Shown: positions 50,666 to 59,380 of the stretch, in pieces
Layout: each line of letters begins with the position of its first letter
How positions within the stretch are numbered: position 1 is the first letter of the stretch
Origin: Acidimicrobiia bacterium
Lineage (GTDB): Bacteria > Actinomycetota > Acidimicrobiia > Spongiisociales > ZC4RG35
Length of the DNA: 64,000 nt
Reading direction: 5' to 3'
Assembly: GCA_965215185.1 (NCBI GenBank)
Contig: OZ244034.1
Location: forward strand, 1,504,001-1,568,000
Position numbers and translations under genes: made by a program
The notes under the pieces: model-generated
What the model was told of the DNA's origin: nothing
Seen by the model: the letters and a program-made list of their open reading frames with translations, nothing else
Database searches by the model: none

Positions 50666-52137
50666 GCGGCGTTAGGAATCGTCTCGCCTCCCTGGGTTCT
50701 TCCGAGTCGGTTGTATTAGGAATTCTTTGCCTGGGAGTATTCTCGACCGCCTTGGATCAGACCGTGGTAGTCGCCGCGTTGCCTGGCGTAATGGTGGATT
50801 TGGAGATCCCCCTCACGGACCTGGACAGGGCGTCTTGGATCGTAACCGGGTATCTGGTGGCCTATACCGTGGCCATGCCATTGGGCGGGCGCCTGTCCGA
50901 TGTCCACGGCCGGGTCAAGATGTTCCAAGTGGCCTTGGTCGTGTTCTCCGTCGGATCGGCGTTCGTGGCGCTGGCGCCGAATTTCGGTTGGATTGTTTCC
51001 GCCAGGGTGGTCCAAGCTATTGGGGGAGGCGCCACGGTCCCCATCGGTCTGGCCATGGCAGTGGCAGCCGTATCGTCGCAGAGAAGGGGAATTGCCATAG
51101 GACTGGTGGCGGCGGCTGCTGAAGCCGGGTCCGTCTTGGGCCCTCTTTATGGAGGCGCCATTATCGAGTTGCTCGGCTGGCGGTGGATATTCTGGCTGGA
51201 CATACCCCAGAGCCTCATTCTTATCGCGCTTCTGGCCATCTTGCCGAACCGCGCCAATCCGAAGGCCAAGATGGACTACTTGGGGGCGTTGGTGATGGGA
51301 GGGGCACTCATCTTTCTAACCGCGGGGCTGTCCCAGAGGGGCCTCTTCTCCGCAACTTCTGTTTTCCCGTATCTGCTGGTGGCCGTGGGAGCACTTCTGG
51401 TCGCCGCATTGGTCGTCCTTGAACGACGCACGGATCAGCCTCTGTTGGCCCCTTTCCTGTACAGGTCCAGGGCGTTCCTGTCCTCCAACTGCACCCAGTT
51501 CCTGGTGGGTGTGGCCTTGATCATTGCTTTGGTATCCGTGCCCCTCATGGCAGGCACCGTCATGGAGAGGACGGGATTGGAGAGTGTCCTCTACTTGCTT
51601 CGCCTTACCGTCGCCATTCCGGTGGGGGCGGTGGTGGGAGGCTACATCCTTCGCTGGGCTGGAGTGCGATCGGTGTGTGTTACGGGCCTGGTGTTGATGG
51701 GAACGGGCCTGTTGTTCATGAGTGGTTGGGAGACGCAGGTGGAGGAACTGAGGCTGACCTTGCCCTTGGTATCGGCGGGTCTGGGATTCGGGCTGGTCAT
51801 CCCTCCTATTGGCGTCAGTGCTCTGAGCGCTTCGCCTAGTAATTATTGGGGCGCGGCGGCCTCTTTGGTCACAGCCTCGCGAATGGTGGGGATGGCGTTG
51901 GGGCTGGCCGCCTTGTCCGCTTGGGGCATAGAGCGCTTCTACAGCCTGACTGGCGACTTCGAGCTTGGACCGTCGTTCGAAGAGACCGAGGCAGTGTTGA
52001 TAGGCGCCGGCGTCACCGTGTTTCAGAACCTCTTCATGATCACGGGGGTTCTTTCCCTATTGGCCATCCTGCCGGCCCTGCTGATAAGAGAAGAACATGT
52101 CGAAGAAGACACATTTACCAACGAAGAGAGCCAGTAA
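50662..52137 (+). CDS. DHA2-type (about 14 TM) MFS transporter, P55/Rv1410c-like
   Basis: ALDQTVVVAALP, WIVTGYL, GRLSDVHGR, ARVVQAIGGG, GPLYG, WRWIFW. Confidence 0.9.
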   Translation: MSGVRNRLASLGSSESVVLGILCLGVFSTALDQTVVVAALPGVMVDLEIPLTDLDRASWIVTGYLVAYTVAMPLGGRLSDVHGRVKMFQVALVVFSVGSAFVALAPNFGWIVSARVVQAIGGGATVPIGLAMAVAAVSSQRRGIAIGLVAAAAEAGSVLGPLYGGAIIELLGWRWIFWLDIPQSLILIALLAILPNRANPKAKMDYLGALVMGGALIFLTAGLSQRGLFSATSVFPYLLVAVGALLVAALVVLERRTDQPLLAPFLYRSRAFLSSNCTQFLVGVALIIALVSVPLMAGTVMERTGLESVLYLLRLTVAIPVGAVVGGYILRWAGVRSVCVTGLVLMGTGLLFMSGWETQVEELRLTLPLVSAGLGFGLVIPPIGVSALSASPSNYWGAAASLVTASRMVGMALGLAALSAWGIERFYSLTGDFELGPSFEETEAVLIGAGVTVFQNLFMITGVLSLLAILPALLIREEHVEEDTFTNEESQ

Positions 52138-52180
52138 TCGAAGGGACTTATATACCTAGGTTGACAACCAGCCACCCCTT

Positions 52181-53533
52181 TTGTCGCAGGGGTGGGATAT
52201 TTTTAGGATCGTGGTTCCTTGGGTGCAGACGATCCGGCTGAAAGGGCATTGTTCCCGCTCGGCGCACCGTCGTTTGGATGACATCTTCGCGCAGTGTTGC
52301 GAGTTGTATAACGCATGCCTGGAATCATGGAAGGGCACATACCGGTGGTGGAAAGAACACCATCCCGACGAACCCCTTCCCCTAGAACTGAATCAGTCTC
52401 ACTATGACCGTCTGCGGATGTTCACCGATGTACGCAAGGACCATCCTGAGTGGCAGCGTTTGAGCCTTCGAGTGGGGCGCGGAACGTTGCGCCGCTTCGA
52501 CCGGTCTATTCAGGCCTTTTATAAGAGATGTAAGGACCCTTCCAAGAAGGCGGGGTTTCCCCGGTTCAAGCCGCGTCACCGGTGGAAGTCGATAGAGATT
52601 GTGAACGCTGACCGCGGGATGCTCAAAGCTCCGGGAGAGAGAAAGAACCACAGCGAGAAGTGGTGGAGACTACAGGTGAAGGGCGTGCCGTAGATACGGT
52701 TTGAGGACAAACACGACCGCCTCACTACCGCGTTGGAGAGCGGCCGGCTGGTGGAACTGCGAGTGGCCCGCACTCCTCTGCGAGTCGAGATACATGCGGT
52801 CATCAAGCACCCTGACCGCCCACCGGTGGCAGATCCGGTCAATCCCGTCGGTTTGGACAAGGGGCTCAAGTCACGCCTGGTCACTTCCGACGGCGAACAC
52901 CTACCACCCACAACCGTGGATCTGCGACAGGTGTTGCGCGCTCAGCGCCGGTTCAGCAGGTCCGTCAAGGGATCACGGTCTCGCATCAAGAAGCGCAACC
53001 ATCTCGCTAAACAGCACCGCCGCCTACAGGAACAGGCCATCCAGTCGGACTTCCGCCTGGCCGACCGCCTGGTCAAGGCCTACGACGGCATAGCTGCCGA
53101 AAAGCTCAATATCGCCCGACTGCTGAAAACCAAGCTGTTCTCCAAACAGATGTCACAGCAACGCTGGGGATCCTTCGATCTCATACTGGAACACAAAGCC
53201 GCGAAAGCTGGTATCCGGTATGCGGGAGTAAACCCCAGCCACACCTCCACCGACTGTTCCCGATGCGGGCATCACCAAAAGATGCCCCTCAACGTGAGAA
53301 CCTTCCGGTGCGAACAGTGTGGACTGACCATGTGCAGAGACCACAATGCTGCAATCAACGTATGCGCCCGAGGCTATCCCACCTGGGATCCTTGGGGTCG
53401 GGTGGGACATGACCTCGTGTTTCCCGACGCGGTGCGCTCTACAAATCTCTGTTGTAAGACATCTTTCGGCTCAGGCCGGAAGATGCTGGCAGACACCGCA
53501 GAACAGTATCACCTAGACGCTCCGTCAACCTAG
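52181..53533 (+). pseudogene. tnpB: TnpB RNA-guided endonuclease, interrupted by one in-frame TAG (52691-52693)
   Basis: ELYNACLE, GFPRFK, RuvC-I VGLDKG, RuvC-II AAEKL, zinc finger CSRC/CEQC, RuvC-III RDHNAAIN; both track ORFs are in one frame; true start may be GTG 52211 or 52223. Confidence 0.9.
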
Positions 53534-53546
53534 GTATATAAGTCCC
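53390..53546 (+). ncRNA. Predicted TnpB omegaRNA scaffold overlapping the tnpB 3' end and right TIR
   Basis: Stems GTCGGG/CCCGAC, GCGGTG/CACCGC, CATCTTTCGGC/GCCGGAAGATG, ACCTAG/CTAGGT; position typical of TnpB reRNAs; boundaries inferred. Confidence 0.6.
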
Positions 53547-53676
53547 TAATCGAAACTGGTCTGTAACGGCGCCCAAGCATACGAAGAAACCTCGTCAATA
53601 GCGGTGTACTGCCACGCCGCACCCTTCCCACCACGGAGGCTTCCCCACTCCCGCCCTCTCCCCTATTCCGACAATA

Positions 53677-54321
53677 TCAAGGAGCGAGCCGTTCCACCAC
53701 CCAGCCACCGTCCAGCAACCGATACTCGAAGCGATCATGGAACCGGTTCGGCCTGCCCTGCCAGAACTCGTAGCAATCCGTCACCATGCGATAGCCGCCC
53801 CACCCGGTAGGGCGAGGAACATCCCCGTCGGGATACTGTCGCCATAGTTCTGCCATCCGTTCCTCCAGCCAGGCCCGGTCGGGCACCGCCTGGCTTTGTG
53901 GAGAGACAACCGCACTCAAACGTGAGCCGGGGGGACGGGACCGGAAATACGCGTCGGACTGCTCGCTGGAGATCTTCTCCACCCGGCCCCCCACCCGCAC
54001 CTGTCGATGAAGCGGCAGCCACAAGAAGACCCCGGCCGCACGAGGGTTCTCGGCCAGTTCCGAACCCTTGCGGCTTTGGTAGTTGGTGTAGAAAACGATC
54101 CCCTGCCGATTGGTTTCCCTCATCAACACCGTCCGCGCCGAGGGTCCGGCATCCCGGCCGGCGGTGGCCAGGATGAAGGCGTGGGGCTCCTGCAATCCCG
54201 CTTCCAACGCCTCTGAGAACCAGCGGGCGAACAACTCGGACGGATCAGCGGGCAGATCAGACCGGGACAGCCCTGCGCTCTCATAGTCGGTGCGAAGGGT
54301 GCGGAGGCGCTCTTGGTCCAT
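53677..54321 (-). CDS. pdxH: Pyridoxamine 5'-phosphate oxidase
   Basis: FYTNYQSRKG, RQVRVGG, YFRSRP, EFWQGRPNRFHDR, C-terminal RLAP. Confidence 0.96.
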   Translation of the reverse strand: MDQERLRTLRTDYESAGLSRSDLPADPSELFARWFSEALEAGLQEPHAFILATAGRDAGPSARTVLMRETNRQGIVFYTNYQSRKGSELAENPRAAGVFLWLPLHRQVRVGGRVEKISSEQSDAYFRSRPPGSRLSAVVSPQSQAVPDRAWLEERMAELWRQYPDGDVPRPTGWGGYRMVTDCYEFWQGRPNRFHDRFEYRLLDGGWVVERLAP

Positions 54322-54343
54322 GTCAATCAGCCGAGCAGCCTGG

Positions 54344-55558
54344 TCACATCTTCTTGGCGACTTCTTCCAGCATCACTTCGGTGGCCCCACCACCGATCGG
54401 ATGCAGGCGGGCGTCCCGGGACATCCTCTCGATGGGCGACTCGCGCATGTAGCCCATACCGCCGTGGAACTGAACGCAACTGTAGAGCACCCGGTTGACC
54501 AACTCGCCCATGAAAGCTTTCACCATGGAAATCTCCCGGACCGCGCCGTGTCCCTGATCCAGCAGCCATGCCGAGTGATAGAGAAGTTGCCCCCCGGCCT
54601 CCACCGACGCCGCCAACTCGGCAAGTTTCAGGCGAATGGCCTGCTTGGCCCACAGCACCTTTCCAAAGGCGCGGCGGCTCTTGACATAGGCAACCGTCAT
54701 CTCCAGAGCCTTCTGGGCCTCTCCCAAAGCCGCCGCGGCCAGGACCAGCCGCTCATTCTGGAAGTTGCGCATGATGGCGTAAAAGCCCCGATTGGGCTCA
54801 CCGATCATGTTCTTCGCCGGTACACGGCAGTCCTCGAAGACCAACTCGGCCGTGTCCGAGGACCGCCACCCGTGCTTGTCCAAAGTGCGACTGACGGTGA
54901 ATCCCGGTGTCTTCTTCTCCACCAGGAACAAACTGATACCCCGATGGGGGGCCACGTCGAGGTCGGTCTTAGCCGAAAGCACCACCACATCACAGCTGGC
55001 CCCGTTGGAAATGAACATCTTCGACCCGTTCACCACGTATTCGTCGCCGTCACGCATCGCCCGGGTCTTCATAGCCGCCACATCGGAACCGGCGTCCGGT
55101 TCGGAAACCCCCAAAGCCCCGATCAATTCCCCGCTCATCATCCCGGGCAGGTATCTGTCCTGCAACTGGGGACTGCCGTAACGGTAGAGGTAGGGCATCG
55201 CCAGTTCACCGTGCACGGCCACACTCGCCATCACCCCACCAAAGGTGCTCTTTCCGAATTCTTCGGCTACGGTCGCCGAGGCCAGATGGCCCAGACCCAC
55301 TCCGCCCCGGGACTCGGGAACCCGTAACCCGAACAACCCGATTTCTCCCAACTTGGTAAAAAGCTCCCGAGGAACCCGCCCGTCCACCTCCCAATCCTCC
55401 CCGTAAGGAACCACCTCATTCTCGACAAATCGCCTGGTTTCGGCCCGGATTGCCGCCAGATCGTCGGTCTCGTAGATACTCGGAGCTTCCAACCGTTTCC
55501 TTCCGTTCACCAATTTCACATTGTACGACCCCATCGCTGTGGAAAGTCGCGCCGTCAC
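54344..55558 (-). CDS. Acyl-CoA dehydrogenase
   Basis: SEPDAGSD, NGSKMFISNG, DTAELVFED, QFHGGMGY, IGGGATE; start may be 55534. Confidence 0.93.
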   Translation of the reverse strand: MTARLSTAMGSYNVKLVNGRKRLEAPSIYETDDLAAIRAETRRFVENEVVPYGEDWEVDGRVPRELFTKLGEIGLFGLRVPESRGGVGLGHLASATVAEEFGKSTFGGVMASVAVHGELAMPYLYRYGSPQLQDRYLPGMMSGELIGALGVSEPDAGSDVAAMKTRAMRDGDEYVVNGSKMFISNGASCDVVVLSAKTDLDVAPHRGISLFLVEKKTPGFTVSRTLDKHGWRSSDTAELVFEDCRVPAKNMIGEPNRGFYAIMRNFQNERLVLAAAALGEAQKALEMTVAYVKSRRAFGKVLWAKQAIRLKLAELAASVEAGGQLLYHSAWLLDQGHGAVREISMVKAFMGELVNRVLYSCVQFHGGMGYMRESPIERMSRDARLHPIGGGATEVMLEEVAKKM

Positions 55559-55580
55559 AACGGTCTGGAACCGTCAATGT

Positions 55581-55609
55581 TTGAGAACCGAACATATGTT
55601 CGATATAGT
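55581..55609 (+). promoter_or_regulatory. Sigma70-type promoter with LexA (SOS) box in the spacer
   Basis: TTGAGA-N17-TATAGT; perfect palindrome CGAACATATGTTCG at 55589-55602 fits the Gram-positive/actinobacterial LexA consensus. Confidence 0.85.
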
Positions 55610-55618
55610 AAAGCCCCC

Positions 55619-56590
55619 ATGAGTTCTTCTAACCTTCGCTGGACCCTTGCCGGAGACAAACCAGCCGGGCTGTTCGAGCAATATCGGCGGGTGGCCGGCA
55701 AGGGCCAGTACCGAGGACTGACTTTTCTGGAGGTGGAAGCCAAGACCATCATCAATCGCATTCCCTACACCAAGTCCATGCCTTTCGAATACACTATCAA
55801 CTGCTACCGGGGATGCTCCCACGCCTGCGTTTACTGCTTCGCGCGTACCTCCCACGACTACCTCGGCCTGAACATCGGAGAGGACTTCGACACCAAGATC
55901 GTGGTCAAAGCCAACGCCGTGGAACTGGTGAAAGCTCAGACCGAGCCAAGGGTGTGGGCGGGACACCCTATCGCCATGGGCACCAACACCGACCCATACC
56001 AGCCCGCCGAGGGCAAGTACCGGCTCACCAGAGGGGTGGTGGAGGTACTCACCGAGCGCGCCAATCCTTTTTCGATGCTCACCAAATCGCCTCTGGTTCT
56101 GCGGGATCGTCACCTCTATGCGAAGGCGGCCAGCCGAGCCGATATAACGGTCAGCTTCTCGGTGGGCACCCTCGACACCGACATCTGGAAACGGACCGAG
56201 CCCGGCACTCCCCATCCTCGCCAACGTCTAGAGGCCGTCCGCAAACTAAGAGCACTCGGAGTTCCCTCCGGGGTACTGGTGGCGCCGCTCCTGCCCGGCA
56301 TCTCCGACTCGCCCCAGCAGGTGGCCAAGGTGATGCGAGCCTGCCGGGAGGTGGGCGCCACCTTCGCCGTCCCCATCCGCCTGCACCTGCGACCCGGCGT
56401 CAAGGAGCATTTTATGGAATGGCTGGGGGAAGAGTTCCCCGACCTGGTTGGCCCCTATCAAAAGCTCTACCAGAACCGCTCCTACCTTCCCCGCAGTACC
56501 CGATCCCGCCGGTATTCGGACCAGGCCCGCCAATCCCCAAAGACGAGGAAGCCCGCGTCAGAGGACTCCCGTCAAGGCCGATTGCTTTAG
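55619..56590 (+). CDS. Rv2578c-family radical SAM protein (spore photoproduct lyase-like)
   Basis: YRGCSHACVYCFAR, GTNTDPYQPAE, LTKS, EPGTP; LexA box upstream. Confidence 0.9.
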   Translation: MSSSNLRWTLAGDKPAGLFEQYRRVAGKGQYRGLTFLEVEAKTIINRIPYTKSMPFEYTINCYRGCSHACVYCFARTSHDYLGLNIGEDFDTKIVVKANAVELVKAQTEPRVWAGHPIAMGTNTDPYQPAEGKYRLTRGVVEVLTERANPFSMLTKSPLVLRDRHLYAKAASRADITVSFSVGTLDTDIWKRTEPGTPHPRQRLEAVRKLRALGVPSGVLVAPLLPGISDSPQQVAKVMRACREVGATFAVPIRLHLRPGVKEHFMEWLGEEFPDLVGPYQKLYQNRSYLPRSTRSRRYSDQARQSPKTRKPASEDSRQGRLL

Positions 56591-56631
56591 CAGCGCCTAG
56601 CCATGTCCTGCCGGCCCCTCCCCCAGGACAG

Positions 56632-57003
56632 CTACGGCGTCTTGCCTTCGTGTTGGGGACAGTAGGCGGAAATGCCCAGCGAGGCGCCGGAGCGCATTCC
56701 GCTTATTTCGAGGGGGCTCAAAGCTCTGCCGCTCTCCTCAATGGCAGCCAACTCCTGATCTTCGAACTCCTGCCAGGCGCCCCCTTCCTGTAGGGCTGCG
56801 CAGGCTCGCCACACCATGTCCTTGCTCTGTTCTCTCTGCGCCTCGCTGATAAAGGGGTTGTCCAAGAACCTGTCGAGAGCCGCTTGGGCTTCCTCAGTAC
56901 CTCGGGGCGTTCTGGAGGCGATAGCATCCGCCTCCTCGGACTCCCCACCACCGCAAGAAACCAGAAGTAAACCCAGTAGCAAGGCTGCGATCTGCCGACT
57001 CAT
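56632..57003 (-). CDS. Hypothetical lipoprotein
   Basis: MSRQIAALLLGLLLVSC lipobox; Cys pair (RAC...AYCP) reminiscent of DUF732-type proteins. Confidence 0.7.
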   Translation of the reverse strand: MSRQIAALLLGLLLVSCGGGESEEADAIASRTPRGTEEAQAALDRFLDNPFISEAQREQSKDMVWRACAALQEGGAWQEFEDQELAAIEESGRALSPLEISGMRSGASLGISAYCPQHEGKTP

Positions 57004-57163
57004 TCTGCGCATCACCGATCACTCCCTTTCCGGACTCTCCAAAGGCTTCGCTTTGATGCCAGTTTACACCTTTGGGCTCAAGGCGGGCTGATATACAACT
57101 GGCTTTAAACGCCCAACCCCCGTCTTTCGTCCTGCTAGGTTCCACAGGAAGGTGGACTTACCA

Positions 57164-57640
57164 ATGGGTGTGACGTGGGCGGACTTCGAAAGATCCGAAC
57201 CCAACCTGGCTTCATCCGTTCGGGACAGATTCGAGAGCCACCGGCACGGGGTGATGGGCACCTTGCGCAGAGATGGGGCCCCGCGGCTGTCGGGCATTGA
57301 GACCCCCATCCAAGATGGGCAACTGTGGCTGGCCATGGAAACCGTGTCGCGAATGGCGCAAGATCTGGGACGTGATCCCCGATTCTCGATACACAGCCAC
57401 CCGGACGAGGAGGAGTTGTCGCAGGGGGATGCACGGATTGAAGGTCGAGCTGTGCCATCTCTCGACAGTGAGATGGTCATATTCGTAAAAGGGCACCGTT
57501 TTCCGATCAAAGACACTTCGACAATGGCGCTGTTCACCACCCGCATCACTCGAGTGCTGCTGGTCCGGGTGGAGGACCGTTCCCTGCTGGTCGCTTCATG
57601 GACACGTGACGGCGGAATGAGCGTCACTCGCAGGCCCTGA
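57164..57640 (+). CDS. Pyridoxamine 5'-phosphate oxidase-like (split-barrel) protein
   Basis: TWADFE, GTLRRDGAPRLSGIE, DLGRDPRFSIH. Confidence 0.85.
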   Translation: MGVTWADFERSEPNLASSVRDRFESHRHGVMGTLRRDGAPRLSGIETPIQDGQLWLAMETVSRMAQDLGRDPRFSIHSHPDEEELSQGDARIEGRAVPSLDSEMVIFVKGHRFPIKDTSTMALFTTRITRVLLVRVEDRSLLVASWTRDGGMSVTRRP

Positions 57641-57993
57641 TTGCCGCCGTCACATCAAGAGTCGGCGGCTGCCTGAAACTGATTCCAATGCTCGGGACGT
57701 TCCAAGGGATCGCCAAAGACGATCTGCGCCCATGGTCGCCGCCGCAAGCCAGCCCTGGCGCCTAGCGCCGGGGCGGCATTACCTTCAAACTTCCCGCAAT
57801 TCCTCGAGATACGGGTATTTGTGGCTGATGGTGCTACCATGGGATTCGCCCAGCCAAAACTGGCTGGTTGTGTTCGCAGCCAAGTTCGGCGCTGATCCTG
57901 TGTAAGCCACCCGAATACCGCGTTGTTGCCTCGCCGACGATTCTTAAGGCATCAACGATTCCTTAGTGCCTTTCTGCACAGGAGAGGAGAACA

Positions 57994-59292
57994 ATGTCAT
58001 CCACTTTCGCCCAACTGGGCGTGCCCGACTACATATGCCAAGCGCTGGAGCGCGACGGTATCCACACCCCCTTCCCGATCCAAGCCGTCACCATCCCCGA
58101 CGCGCTGGAAGGCGCCGACATCTGCGGACGCGCCCCCACCGGGTCTGGTAAGACGCTTGCGTTCGGCATCCCGCTGGTCGCCAATGCCGAGCGGGCCAAG
58201 TCCAGACGGCCCCGCGCCCTGGTCTTGTCCCCAACCCGTGAACTGGCCAGCCAGATCGCCGCGGAGCTTCGCACCTTGTCCGGGCGGGTCCGGATAGGAA
58301 CCATCTACGGCGGCGTCGGCTACGGCCCCCAAAAGAAACAATTGCAACAGGGGATAGAAATTCTCGTGGCCTGCCCCGGCCGGCTCGAAGACCTGATCGA
58401 CCAGAGAGCGGTGAGCCTGCACGAAGTGGATCAGGTGGTCATCGACGAAGCCGACCGTATGGCCGATATGGGGTTCCTCCCCGCCGTTCGGCGTCTTCTC
58501 GACCAGACCTCCTCAAACCGTCAGACCCTCATGTTCTCGGCCACCCTCGACAACGATGTGGCCAAGCTCACTCGCGACTATCAACATCGCCCGGTCACCC
58601 ACCGGGTTGGCGACGCCAAGCCCGACATCAAAACGTCCGATCACCGATTCTGGAAGGTCAGCAAAGCAGGGAGGGTCGCCGCTTGTGTCGACCTGATCAC
58701 CGCCGAAGGATCCACGATCGTGTTCTGTCGGACCCGGCATGGATCGGACCGGCTGGCCCGCCAACTCACCCAACAGGGAGTCAGAGCCGCAGCGATACAC
58801 GGAGGCCACGCCCAGAGCCGACGCACCCGCACGCTCCGCGGATTCGTCGACGGCCACTTTGAGGCTCTCATCGCCACCGATGTCGCCGCCCGCGGAATCC
58901 ATGTGGAAGGCGTGGCGACGGTCATCCACTACGACCCACCGGAGAATGGAAAGGCGTACCTTCACCGTTCAGGCCGCACCGCCCGCGCCGGGCAGAGCGG
59001 GCTGGTCGTGTCGCTGATCCAGCCCGACCAGGTGGCCGGCGCAAAACGGATCCAGCGTCAACTCGACCTGAAGGGGTCCATCATCAACCCCGGCCGATTC
59101 GATACCGTCCCGGCCGCACCGCCCCATTCCCAAACTGAAAGCCGCAATGGTCGGACACCCCAGGGCCAGCCGGAGAGGGGCCGTCGGCAGACCGGCTCCC
59201 CAAGGGTCAATCGCAATGGCCAGCGGGCCCTGCGGAGTGGCCCGCAGCAGCGAAACCGGAGCAGATCAAGAAGCGGCGCCTACTCCCGATAG
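57994..59292 (+). CDS. DEAD-box RNA helicase
   Basis: Q motif PFPIQ, APTGSGKT, PTRELA, DEAD, SAT, HRSGRTAR; basic C-terminal tail. Confidence 0.96.
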   Translation: MSSTFAQLGVPDYICQALERDGIHTPFPIQAVTIPDALEGADICGRAPTGSGKTLAFGIPLVANAERAKSRRPRALVLSPTRELASQIAAELRTLSGRVRIGTIYGGVGYGPQKKQLQQGIEILVACPGRLEDLIDQRAVSLHEVDQVVIDEADRMADMGFLPAVRRLLDQTSSNRQTLMFSATLDNDVAKLTRDYQHRPVTHRVGDAKPDIKTSDHRFWKVSKAGRVAACVDLITAEGSTIVFCRTRHGSDRLARQLTQQGVRAAAIHGGHAQSRRTRTLRGFVDGHFEALIATDVAARGIHVEGVATVIHYDPPENGKAYLHRSGRTARAGQSGLVVSLIQPDQVAGAKRIQRQLDLKGSIINPGRFDTVPAAPPHSQTESRNGRTPQGQPERGRRQTGSPRVNRNGQRALRSGPQQRNRSRSRSGAYSR

Positions 59293-59304
59293 GTCTCACC
59301 CCAA

Positions 59305-59339
59305 GTTAGGCGGGGATTTCGGCGTATTCCCCGCCTAAC
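59305..59339 (+). terminator. Hairpin after the DEAD-box gene
   Basis: 12-bp perfect stem GTTAGGCGGGGA/TCCCCGCCTAAC; weak U-tract. Confidence 0.6.
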
Positions 59340-59380
59340 AACCTTGCTTCGCTGCCTGGTGTTCCTTAGCCTTGCGGACT

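Larger units (their letters stand above)
52143..53546 (+). mobile_element. Non-autonomous TIR element carrying only tnpB (IS1595-like ends)
   Basis: Perfect 23-bp TIRs GGGACTTATATACCTAGGTTGAC (52143-52165) and GTCAACCTAGGTATATAAGTCCC (53524-53546); exact 8-bp TSD TAATCGAA at 52135-52142 and 53547-53554; no transposase inside. Confidence 0.93.

Noticed and set aside
52143-53546. Calling this an ordinary IS200/IS605 (IS1341-type) element
   Set aside because: Perfect TIRs and an exact 8-bp TSD do not fit HUH peel-and-paste transposition as the last mobilisation event.
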